Source: Catajapyx aquilonaris
Lineage: Eukaryota
DNA: 20,078 nt
Direction: 5' to 3'
Assembly: GCA_000934665.2 (NCBI GenBank)
Contig: KZ538517.1
Location: 124,001-144,078 of the forward strand
Shown: positions 9,272 to 19,105 of the stretch, one piece after another
How the letters are laid out: every line of letters starts with the position of its first letter
How positions within the stretch are numbered: the first letter of the stretch is position 1
The notes under the pieces: generated by a model
What the model was told of the DNA's origin: nothing
Database searches by the model: none
What the model saw: only the letters and a program-made list of their open reading frames with translations
Made by a program: the position numbers and the translations under genes

Positions 9272-11922
9272 GTGAGCATGCAATGGGATCAGTGTAGTGT
9301 TGTACAATCAGCCTTAACCCTGGAACCATGCCATGGGGTCTTTTTGGACTCCAAGGAAAAAAATGTATTTAAATGATAATAACAATGAACTTTTGCCATT
9401 TTTTACAGTATATAACAGGAAGTGCAAGTTTATTTTGAATTAGCGATCCTTAACATCCTTTTAGGCATTGTTCAAGGAATGATTGTATATAGTCAATACA
9501 TTGAAAAGTATTAAGTTATATAATTAATAAAAATTAAAATATGGTGGGGTCCGAAAAGACCCCACGGCATGGTTGCCGTAATACTCGTAGGCACGGCACG
9601 GTTCCAGGGTTACGCTAGAATTTTGGGAGTGACTTGATTTTTACATTATTTTTCACACAACCAATCAGGTAGGCTGCTAGAGGCACAGAATTTCTTATTT
9701 CCATTCAGTCTTGTCATTTATTGAGATGTCATCTCAATTTTTGTCAGTCTCCTAACTGTTTGCCCATTTTTCAGAGGGTTACTCTAATTTTTCTCGATTG
9801 CAAAATAATTCTAAATCTACAGAAATGCACTGGTGAGAAGATTGGGAAGAACTTGGTCCATGTCTGTAGCAGTCAGCAGCCAGAGCAGCTTGGCCTGCAC
9901 TGCACATCTGACAAACTGTTTACACACAAACTCTGCTTGAGCATGTAAAGGCCCATTCACACAGGCCGTCGACGGTTTTGGTCTTTGGTTGCTTAACAAA
10001 CGCAGCACTTGTGTTGCGCTTGTTTACATGAGTCATGATTGGTCCGCGCCGTCGACGCAACCAAAGACCGAAACTGTCGACGGCCTGTGTGAATTGGCCT
10101 TAATGCTAGTGATACTCCAGCATGGAATTTAAATCTTGTAACTCCCAAACTAAGGCCAATTAGCATGTAATTCATAGGACCTTAAATTATTATCTTGTAC
10201 CAGCATTTCCCTTGGAATGAGATGGGTTCCATTAAAATTTGGCTTAGTCAGCAAATTGGCATTGCTTCTAATATATGATGCATTTTCAGAGACCCTCTCT
10301 CAATTGTTCCATCTGGCTAAGGCGAAGCTTCCCAGGGAAGACATAAGCACCCTCTTACCTATATTACAAATCCCTGTTACTAAGCTGAAGATTCTTCTTG
10401 ACATGTGGGGAGAGGAGATAGAAGAGACTGAGTATGGTAGTAGGATTTCATACCTGGCAGACAAGTTGCAGGTAGTGTGAACTGACAAAGTTGTAGATTT
10501 ATGCCTTAGTGACATGAAATTATCTTTCAGTGTGAGCCACATCGAATGGCGAAGCTAATGATGAGGGTCTCATTCTTGAAGACTGTGCCTCTTGACCGCC
10601 TTTTATACGTAACAGATAAATTTTTAGGTATGTATATATTTTAACACTCACCAGATGGACTTGGTATATGCTGTAAAAAAAACCTGTTAGGTTGTGTCGG
10701 GAACACAAGCCGCAGCTTTTGACGTGAAGACGTCTTTCAAATCGGATCAGTATTGCGGGGAGTGAATTGATTGTTTAGATCAGTGTTGAAGTCTGGACAA
10801 ATTCATGGTGACCCTCCTATATCCCTGCATGCCCCCGCCATGGGCCCCATGGCAGGGTCCTGACTATAACACTCACACGCCACTTAGGATATAGTAAACT
10901 CGGATATAATAGACTGGGTTATAATAGACTGTAACGCTTTTCTGTAATGCTCGAGTTTGCCTGCATGCCCCCCCTCTATACGGACCCGATTTTGAAGACG
11001 TATTCACGTCAAAAAATGCTAGAAAATGGTCTTCTGTCAGAATAATATAGCTTCTCTGTGGCCTTTTGCTCTATAATTGTCATAATTTGCAGTACTGTAT
11101 AATTTTATGCATAATATTCTGAGTAGAAAGAGGGTTAAATCCTGTATCCACACATTTTACTGATTGTTTTATTACCATCAAACTCAAAAACTTTCTGTAA
11201 CTAGACTGATTGTTTTTATCAATGCATGTTGAGTTTGTAATGTGTTATAGGTATAGCCTATAATTACAAATTAAGTGTAATTGAAATGTGTGATTTAAGT
11301 GATTGCCATTACACACACAGAATATAATGTTGCTACTGAAGATATCCTGAAAGACATGTGGGTGTACCGACATTCTGAGCTGCTGATATATTCTCGCCTG
11401 AAGAGGGCTCATGATGCTGGCCTGAAAGTCATTAAGCCATGGATGATGAGATGCCCAGAGGCCACTTTCCAAAGGTGCCATTTTATTAATGTACAAAAAC
11501 ATGAATCTTAGTTCAAAATTCTTATACCACCTTGTGTTTACAGATCACTCCGTCGCCGCTATGACGAGAAGCACCTCCTTGGTGATGGTAATGTCCTGCA
11601 CTATTTGAAAGAGCGCCTGAACAGTAATGAGGAATTTATACAGAAAATAAGTTTGAGTAACCCTCGCCTCCCACAAGTGAGTGTTGGGAAGCTGAAGGAA
11701 ATGCTGGACCTTCTCTTCTCAGAAGGATACACACCAGAGGAAGTGCAAGTTGCTTCAAGGGTGTTATGCCACTCATACCCCACAGTGCGCTCCCGCCTGC
11801 AGGAGCTCAAGAATTTAGGATATCGTCCTGTATCTCTGAATGTGCTATATAAGACCCGAGCACAGTATGAGGAGATGCTGGAAAAGTTGTTGGCACGGAA
11901 GGAAGAGGCTACCAGTGCATGA
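8755..11922 (+). CDS. mTerf5: Mitochondrial transcription termination factor (mTERF family, insect mTerf5-like); join(8755..9271,10290..10471,10531..10627,11321..11474,11544..11922), 442 aa
   Basis: Four GT..AG introns with consistent phases (1,0,1,2) join into a 1329-nt open frame. The N-terminus is Ser/Arg/Leu/Ala-rich with no acidic residues (presequence-like). mTERF-repeat motifs: FLRKAGIKEERIRNNPWVL, EDILKDMWVYRHS..RLKRAHDAG..KPWMMRCPE, LLFSEGYTPEEVQVASRVLCHSYPTVRSRLQELKNLGY. The start could be ATG 8755 or 8776. The mTerf5 versus mTTF paralog assignment is from memory. Confidence 0.85.
9318..9609. mobile_element. piggyBac-like MITE in mTERF intron 1
   Basis: CCCTGGAACC...GGTTCCAGGG termini (16/18 matching); TTAA on the left (9314-17), TTAC on the right (9610-13); subterminal inverted repeat 9324-9353 versus 9545-9574. 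Confidence 0.8.
9949..10100. mobile_element. PIF/Harbinger (Tourist-like) MITE in mTERF intron 1
   Basis: 44-bp TIRs AGGCCCATTCACACAGGCCGTCGAC.. (41/44 matching); TAA target duplication at 9946-48 and 10101-03. Confidence 0.88.
10290..10471 (+). CDS. mTerf5: mTERF coding exon 2
   Basis: Acceptor cattttcag|; encodes (K)TLSQLFHL...SRISYLADKLQ; donor cag|gtagtg at 10472 (phase 0). Confidence 0.85.
10531..10627 (+). CDS. mTerf5: mTERF coding exon 3 (not in the ORF track)
   Basis: Follows a 59-nt intron; acceptor tctttcag|; encodes CEPHRMAKLMMRVSFLKTVPLDRLLYVTDKFL; donor g|gtatgt at 10628 (phase 1). Confidence 0.85.
10712..11019. mobile_element. MITE of unassigned superfamily in mTERF intron 3
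   Basis: 49-bp inverted repeats (40/49 matching) at 10712-10760 and 10971-11019, core TTTTGACGTGAAnACGTCTT; exact ends and TSD unclear. Confidence 0.7.
11321..11474 (+). CDS. mTerf5: mTERF coding exon 4
   Basis: Acceptor acacacag|; encodes (E)YNVATEDILKDMWVYRHS...KPWMMRCPEATFQ(R); weak donor ag|gtgcca at 11475 (phase 2). Confidence 0.85.
11544..11922 (+). CDS. mTerf5: mTERF coding exon 5 (terminal)
   Basis: Follows a 69-nt intron; acceptor gtttacag|; encodes SLRRRYDEKHLLGDGNVLHYLKERL...KEEATSA, stop TGA 11920-11922. Confidence 0.87.
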
Positions 11923-12107
11923 TGATTCCCTTCTCACGGAGTTTGCGGTATAAAGAGATGTATTTCCCTGCAGATGTGGTCTTCGGGACTATGAACCTTT
12001 TACAAAAGCCAGTCTTGCTACCAGCCAGGTTGCTCAGTACTGGATGGCGCAGCATCCGGAGGAATGTCAGCACAAATGTGTAGCAGTTGAAATTACTCTC
12101 ATCATAT
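11909..12107 (-). CDS. MKRN2OS: MKRN2OS-like coding exon 3 (terminal)
   Basis: Acceptor ctttgcag|; encodes (R)YDESNFNCYTFVLTFL...KGIIMHW, stop TAG 11911-11909. Confidence 0.88.
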
Positions 12108-14157
12108 CTGCAAAGCATGTAAATTGGGATGTAAATGTAAATATGTAATAATATGAAAATTTACAGTTGCATCATCAACGCATTTTTAAATCTCTATTTA
12201 CTGCCCACTATGTCACTGTGGCTGCAATGATGAGTGCCATCTATGTATGTCTCCACTTAGGTGGCTTCATTTTATGCAGATGAGATAGGACATGGCACTC
12301 TCTAGCAGTCAAATGATCAATTTCTATTTCTAGATAGGCAAGTCAAATAGAGGACTGGTCCTGTGTGACAAACCCCTATATTATGTGGTCATGGGGAGTC
12401 CAATTATTATCAGGGAGAGGTCTGATAATATTAACAATTAATTTCCAGTATTTCTCTCCTGTTGAATGGGAGGGTGGGGGACTTAGTGGGTAGCTCTTGG
12501 TGGGTTACATTCAGAAACATGTGCTAGTGGGATCTAACTTTGTGACTGGCTGAGAAAAGCACCACTCCCTCAGAATCAGGCTTGTCTGCCTTTGCCAAGT
12601 CTGAGGCTAGTACAAACTAAGGAAAGCTAGGCCAGGAAGGGGGTAGTTTAGGATGGACTAGGGGAGTAAACTTATGATTCACTCACTCTGCTGACCATTG
12701 CTCCAGCAGCTACCAAGTGTAACAATTACCTCTAGCCCAGCAGTTCCCAACCTGGGGGTCGCGACGCCTTTTCCAGGGAGTCGCACGTGGCCGCGGTAAT
12801 TTTTATAAATTAAAAAATTACAAATATATAATATGCATATAGGCAATTTCATTGCGAAGGGTTTTTTTTTCAACACCTACTAACACTTGGGGGGGGGGAG
12901 GGAGGAGAGAGGCAGGTTACTTGANGGTTACTTGACTATAAAAAACGTTGGGAACCACTGTTCTAGCCAGTGCAGTGTAACAGTCAGTTTTTCTCATTAG
13001 CAGTGGCAAACTCAGAATAAGTTATTACTATAATGTGAATTACCTACATGGCTCAATCATTGGTTCTGAGTTAACCATCAATCCTGCAAAGGCATAAAAT
13101 TATTCCAGTCACTTGAACTATTGATCAGCATCATTGTTATTGCTTCATTGCTAATTGATTTGATTTTGCCTGTGGTCACTTGTAGTCACTATAACCAGCA
13201 ACTAACTTCAAATGTGTACCTTATCTATTTACAAATTGTGACTGGCACTCTTACAGTTATAGATTCCTCTAGTATTGGTATGTTTCTGAATGCAACCCAT
13301 GAAATTAGAGCCAAATAAGGTAGAATTATTACAACAATACATACAGATAGATGCAGGTGAAGGTGTGTCTGTAAGCACACCAAATGAGAATTTTGGAGAG
13401 AACTTCAGACTTTCATGCATTAGCTAGAAGTCAAGCAGATGAATGGGGTTAGAAATTTGGATTCTAGCACTCTCACACACAGTTTCTGCTGACTGATTAT
13501 CTTGCGCTTGAGAACACCTTCAGAATTTATTTGGTTATAGTGGTAACTTCTGTCTACACTTCCAGTGCCACATAGAGCTAGAAATCCTACACTGTGACTA
13601 GAAAAATACCTCTCAGGTGTCCAGCATGCCTGTCTTGCTACAGCCTGTAAACCGTAATCCCAAAACTCTTGCCACTTGCAGATGTCCCTTGCAACCACCT
13701 TGTCCAGAGCAATGGCCAAGCATTGCTTCCATTCATTGCCACTGCCACTACACAGACCACTCCGATCATAGTCAAACACCTTCCCTTTGGAATCAGTCAC
13801 CCCAATGTGAAGGTCAGACGCATTGGTGTAATCGCTGTAAAACAAAGAAAACAAAATTATTTCATGGTATTCTCCATCTGCCACCCTAAGCAGTGATGGC
13901 ATAGAGGAGGCAAAATTTTTGTTCACAGATGTCAATACTCACTGCAGGAAGTCGCCCTTGGTTGGCTTGATTACAATAGAGTTTGGGTGCTGGGTGGCTC
14001 TAACAAATGGATACGGAATGCGAAAAGGTGGGATGAGAAGGTCAGCGGTGGAGAGGTCCTGATGGCACAAGGGGCAGCATGGCGGGACGTCAAAGCAGAA
14101 TATCTTGCCCTCCTTCTGGCAATGCTTGAAGCACAGGATCCCAGGGTCTGGATCCAT
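11909..14157 (-). CDS. MKRN2OS: MKRN2 opposite strand protein-like (DUF4796); complement(join(11909..12107,13610..13834,13943..14157)), 212 aa
   Basis: Two phase-2 GT..AG introns give a 639-nt open frame. Family motifs: ILCFKHC..IFCFDVPPCCPLC, PFRIPYPF...SIVIKPTKGDFL(H)DY..SDLHIGVTDSKG.V.DYD..GL, W.QCL, W...RYDE..FNCYTFVL.FL, F..PKT..A.KYISLYR. A polypyrimidine acceptor at 14172-14190 implies a further upstream exon. Confidence 0.9.
12738..12960. mobile_element. hAT (Charlie-like) MITE in MKRN2OS intron 2
   Basis: TIRs CAGCAGTTCCCAAC / GTTGGGAACCACTG; 8-bp TSD CTCTAGCC (12730-37) / TTCTAGCC (12961-68); contains an assembly N at 12925. Confidence 0.88.
13610..13834 (-). CDS. MKRN2OS: MKRN2OS-like coding exon 2
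   Basis: Acceptor ttgttttacag| after a 108-nt intron; encodes DYTNASDLHIG...CWTPE; donor ag|gtattt. Confidence 0.88.
13943..14157 (-). CDS. MKRN2OS: MKRN2OS-like coding exon 1
   Basis: MDPDPGILCFKHC...KGDFL ca|gtgagt donor. Confidence 0.88.
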
Positions 14158-15034
14158 CTGATGATTAGATCCTGTTCAAGGGGAAAGTAAGTTAATGAAT
14201 ATTTTGCCACCAGGAAATCTAGGTACTGCAGAGTATGACTAATACATTACTTATTAATAAACTTTCATTACTCTCAAGTAACTATAGAAAGGGTATCAGG
14301 ATTTCCCCAAATGTAGGTGTACACCCATTGTGCATTGCAGTGATGGCATGAACTTAGGCAGTCGCTTTTCTGAATGAAGGCCTTTTTAGCTGGCACAGAA
14401 ATGAAGCTGCAGTTTAGATGGTGGGTGATTTTGCAAACAAGTAACTTTTAACATCTACTTGGCAAGTGAGAGATTGCAGACAGCATGCCGTACTTCCTTT
14501 CCCCCAAAATCATGCAATAATCACCGTGTAGCACAATTACACTTTCTGTAGCAGTCTAGCTTCTCATTCCATTGTTGGGACACTGATGGCTTAGGTAGGA
14601 TAAATATTCAACAAATATATCTCAGTAACCATAATACCTACAAATCATTACCAGCAGCAGTCATTAATGGGGGATCTAATGACCTCTTTCTTTGCACTAT
14701 TCTCAAATGTTTTGGAAATGAATCAACAAGAGCAACAGGCAGGCATTTGGCAAGGAAATGTGAGATACAATCATGAACAATTCCCACCCCTATGCTGGTG
14801 AGGTCTGCGTATGTTAGTAGTAGCTTTTTATAACCTCCTCTAGCCAGATAGTCATAACTGCCTTGGCTTCTTCCCAATCAATCAACATGACTATCTCAAT
14901 GTAAACAAACAGCACATGTGGCTCTGACACTGCGGTCAGTGTGTGTCGCAATGAACTGTTATCGGACTTGCACTTGGTTACTGTTTCGCTCAAGTTCAAA
15001 CACGTGATGTTATTGTACGTATCCAGCGAACGGG

Positions 15035-16089
15035 TGATAACTTATCATTGGCATATCACGCTACATACATCCACGCTTTGGCAAACCTTTTAAATGAAGC
15101 ACAGGTGAAAGGGGGGCACTAGAGTAAATTGAAAGTGGACCTGAAACTGGTAGCAGAATGCCGTCAGCCTGCATCCGAGCTGAAGACACGGACAGGCAAC
15201 GAATGCATCCTGAATAACTCTCCGGACGAACTGTGGATGTCTACACCACAAGATAATTTCCTTTTGTATTCACTTACTGTACATGAACTGTACATGCAGG
15301 CACTGAGGTGATCCAACGATCTTTTTCAAGAAGACCTGTGCATTTCCCGACAAAGGCGCCCCTCAGCGGTGACCATGGATCTGATTCCCCAGTCTCAACA
15401 ATAGAGATCGTTGGACCTCCCCAGTGAGTGCAGCGACACCGCATGTCAACAATGCGCGCCTGATCAGCTGTGTTATTCAACTGCTGCCTTGGCCCACCTT
15501 TCAAAATCAGCCTTCAGTGATAGTGCTGGCTGGCTCTGGACGGGAAGAGTGTTTCCCCAACTTCTAGCTTGGGGACTGCGGTGGGTCGGTCAGTAGCCCT
15601 CTCGTCTGCTGTTGCGTCACGCAACACACAGGGGTTTTTCAGGAGACTTCGGTGCGCGTGTACGTGTCAGCAGGTGCAGCAGCCCTAAAAAGCGGCCTGC
15701 CTCGTCCCGAACCGTGTGCTTTATACTACTGAGCTGCCTGGACGCCCTCCTCTTCCGGCCCGGTATGCACGCGGGGCATCATCCCATGCCCAATATTCCT
15801 CACTTTCCTGCCCAACTGACACAAGCACTGCACGCCCTGTGAGCAGTCCACGGCAGCAAAGGTCCAGCACATGCAGGATATCCTCCTACCTAACCAAAAG
15901 TGTACGCCTACGATAAGCAGACCATGCCGCCCTGCCGCCTGAGCAGCGCCCGCTCTCAATAGCCCATCCTCTCGCGGCCAGCGCCTGCCACGCGATGGAT
16001 GACGGGCCATAGGAAGATGTGGGCCTCAACAACAACACCCGACTGGAAAATCTGATCTGGATTTCCTCTGGAATTGGGTCACTGTTACA
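15035..16089 (-). mobile_element. Candidate solo LTR (about 1055 bp)
   Basis: GC- and CpG-rich block bounded on the minus strand by TGTAAC...GTTATCA, flanked by the 4-bp direct repeat CGGG (15031-34, 16090-93); internal TATAAA at 15725-15720; no recognisable ORF. Confidence 0.45.
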
Positions 16090-17166
16090 CGGGGAAGGAA
16101 CAGGAGGGAAGGGAGGTGGTGGCACACAACACAGGTAATTAAAGTTCTAAACAGCTTTGTGTATCTAGGAGGACAGAGAGAGTAACTAGACTGGCCTGGG
16201 ATGTTTTGTTGGAGGACTAGTTCGTCTCACTTTATCTGCAGGCATGACTGTCATTTTGGCAGGTGCAACACTGCTGAGGATTTCTTTTAAGAGGGAGCAG
16301 ACTAATATGAATAGAATCAGAAAGCTGATAGCACCCAGTGTATTGATAAATATATGATATATCTTCTATAAGCATTTTCCGTGGGAATATATCGCTACGA
16401 TTATCATCAGCAGCATCCTGTAAATGTTATTTGTGTCAGGATCTTATACATGATTGCAGTATCTTTGACCTCCTCCAGCAAGGCAAAGCAGCGGCAAGGT
16501 GAAAGAGAAGAATTTACAATGAGTTTGCTGTAGTCACTGAATAGCAGTTTGGTTTTTTCTTTCTCTTTTTTATTCTCAACCAAGGGGATGGGATCCACAC
16601 ATCTCCCATCATTAGCCTGAAATATGGCTTCAGCAATCTCACCAAGGTCCTTAGTCAAGAATCATTTCTTGAAGATATTTAAGAATTCTGATTTATTTGC
16701 ATCAACTTTTACTTTTTTGTTAAAGTGTACTCATGTACTGTACCACCTCAGAATGCAGATGAACAAATGTGGCAAAATATTTGAGTTAGAATCAAATTTA
16801 TGGCGTGATCACAGTACAATTCATAGTGCTGTTTGTATTTATATTTCACAGCCTATTGAGCACTACTGTAGTTTTTATATCTCATTTTCACATGTTATCC
16901 CATTTACACTGCAGAGGATACAATACTTCAGGAAAGCTATGCACAGGTAGTACGCCAATGAACACCTGTATGGCCTCTGTTGTAAGGGACATGTAAGTGG
17001 GCATTGGCTAATCTAATTTATCTGCAATAAATTATCTAAGTTATTGCACAGAAATGCATATTGGTAACCAACATTGGTGACTATATGGGACAGTACTCTT
17101 TCAGTTTTAGTAAAAGATACATCACTTCATTGGTGATGTATTGTTGTCATATATTACAGTATTTTA

Positions 17167-17476
17167 ACCGAAGCAGTAGTGGTGTAGTGGTATGGTGTCC
17201 GACTGCTAATTGGGAGGTCCTGGGTTCGAATCCCGGAGGCCGGCGACCCTGACCATGGTTTTCTGTGGTTTCCCATGGTCCTTGCAGGATAATTCCGGGG
17301 TCGTTACCGTAATATAGGCCACAGCCGCCTCCTTCCTTCCCTTTCCCTGCTTCATTCCGGTGATGAGAAAAATAGTAAAAATTGGAAGAGTTCCAGACAA
17401 AAAATTGGGAGAAATCCCCCCCTAGGAAAGCCCGTAGGCTGATAATGGGGTATCAAATTATTATTATTATTATTAT
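17167..17476 (+). mobile_element. Full-length tRNA-derived SINE
   Basis: A box TGGTGTAGTGG 17180-90; B box GGTTCGAATCC 17223-33; insect SINE-like core GTTTTCTGTGGTTTCCC..GGCCACAGCCGCCTCCTTCC; (ATT)n tail; perfect 15-bp TSD TATTACAGTATTTTA at 17152-66 and 17477-91. Confidence 0.9.
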
Positions 17477-18544
17477 TATTACAGTATTTTATGCACAGAA
17501 CGTCATGCGGGTAAAATGGTGGTTAGCAAGGTTTATGAGAATTTTGATTAGGGGGCTATTCAGGCATGCTGATGTAGAGTGGGGTGTGGCAGTATAGGGT
17601 GGAGTAGTATTGTCTACATTTTGCCTTCAAATAATATAAATATGTCAAGTGAATACTACACAGTAATGTTTTATAATACGAAGGAGATATGGGGGAAGAA
17701 TGGAGCTCAGCTCTCACTCCCCATCAGTCAGTGGCTATTCACGAGAGCTCTTGCATGAAAAAATACCGTATAGTCAGTGTGGCTGATTATAGTGCTTTTA
17801 AAATTCCCCAATACATGCATGCCCACAATGACCCAGGGCTAAGGTCTCCCATCCTGAAAGTATGTCATCCAGCTCATCCTGTACTCTTGACCTACCCTAC
17901 CCCACAAGTCCACAACTTTCAGTTTCTTCCCACAATTATATACCTATTTGGAGTTACATACTGCATTTATTAAATTTAAATGTTGTAGTTGGATATTCTG
18001 TAGAAGCAATTCTTTAAGTGTGCACTCTAGGCACAAAGATGACATTTGATAGGGTTGTGATGCCTAGCAAGATATTTTGTAACAATCTTGAACCAGCACT
18101 CACCGAAACTGCATAGTTCCTTAGGCCTGGCTGAAAGGTTCCATGAAGATATGTGAGGCAATGGCTGAACGAGTAATTCAAAACACTATGAAGCGATACT
18201 TATATTTGCTCCAGTGATTCTAGCACCAGAGTGGTGGAGCAAATGGGTTGGGGACCAACCTATACGAAATAAATACATTATCAGTCGGGAAACCACATGG
18301 GACATATTTGTTTCCGAAGCCATGACCAAACTATGAAAAAATAGTACCTGTGCAAGGCCAAGTTTGTGACCCTGAAAGGTTAGAATAAATTATCACCCCA
18401 TCCCATGGCCCCGGATACATGCACCATGGTATATAATATCTCACACTCACTATACACGTGGCTGCATTGCAAATTCCGCTAAGGTTGCGTTTTTCTTCGA
18501 TAGTCATGGTCTTATCGCACTTATCGCAATGTGCAGCAACCTTT

Positions 18545-18564
18545 TTTGTTTGTTTGTTTGTTTG
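18545..18564. repeat. (TTTG)5 microsatellite
   Basis: Direct reading. Confidence 0.85.
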
Positions 18565-18672
18565 TTATTGGTATGCCAACAAAATAATATGACCTCCCAT
18601 GCACCAAAGAGCGGGAGATGTGCTGGTTCGAAGTTTTGCGCCAAATAGTTTGGACTTGGATTGCACTTTCCT

Positions 18673-19105
18673 TTGGAAGTGTCCCTTTGTTCGGATAATC
18701 GATGCTCCACTGTAATACCTTACGTCTATTAATTTCAGAGTCTGCCAAGGGGGTGTTCGGATAACTGATTGTTCGGATAATCGATCATTTATGGAAAAAA
18801 ATTGTACCGGTGTCATAGGAGCAATATGAAACTAAGAAACAGTGATATTAATCACAAAACGGTACATTTTCTGTCACAGGCACGTCTTAAAAATACTGTA
18901 CATATACCTTACTGTCCTTACATGAAGTAGTCCTACCGTTTAGGGATTGGGGGGGGGGGGAGGCCAGTTTCTTTTGCTTGAGAGCCGAGGCTCGTTTTTT
19001 GGCGGCTAAATCGCGCTTTTTTCTCTCTTTTTTTGCCGACCCGAAAACGTTCGGTTAACCGATGGTTCGGTTGATCGGGGTTCGGATAATCGATGCTCCA
19101 CTGTA
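18673..19105. mobile_element. pogo/Tigger-like Tc1/mariner MITE, one end apparently inverted
   Basis: Identical 24-bp TIR GTTCGGATAATCGATGCTCCACTG plus TA at 18689-18714 and 19080-19105; GTTCGG(A/T)T subterminal repeats at 18755-18785 and 19049-19093. Confidence 0.8.

Noticed and set aside
8961..9329. 122-aa minus-strand ORF
   Set aside because: Antisense shadow of mTERF exon 1 running into a MITE end
12915..12935. GGTTACTTGA duplicated around an N
   Set aside because: Likely contig-join overlap artefact; the true hAT element length is therefore uncertain
13420..13935. 171-aa ORF taken as a single-exon gene
   Set aside because: Only 13610-13834 is MKRN2OS-like; the flanks are in-frame intron sequence
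16407..16730. Protein-like minus-strand frame with one internal stop (..EFLNIFKK*FLTKDLGEIAEAIF..)
   Set aside because: No recognisable family; could be a decayed transposon ORF but unsupported without BLASTX
17172..17245. tRNA gene
   Set aside because: No proper acceptor stem; it continues into a SINE body with tail and TSD
18689..19105. CRISPR-like direct repeats
   Set aside because: Only two full copies about 390 bp apart in eukaryotic DNA; they are transposon TIRs
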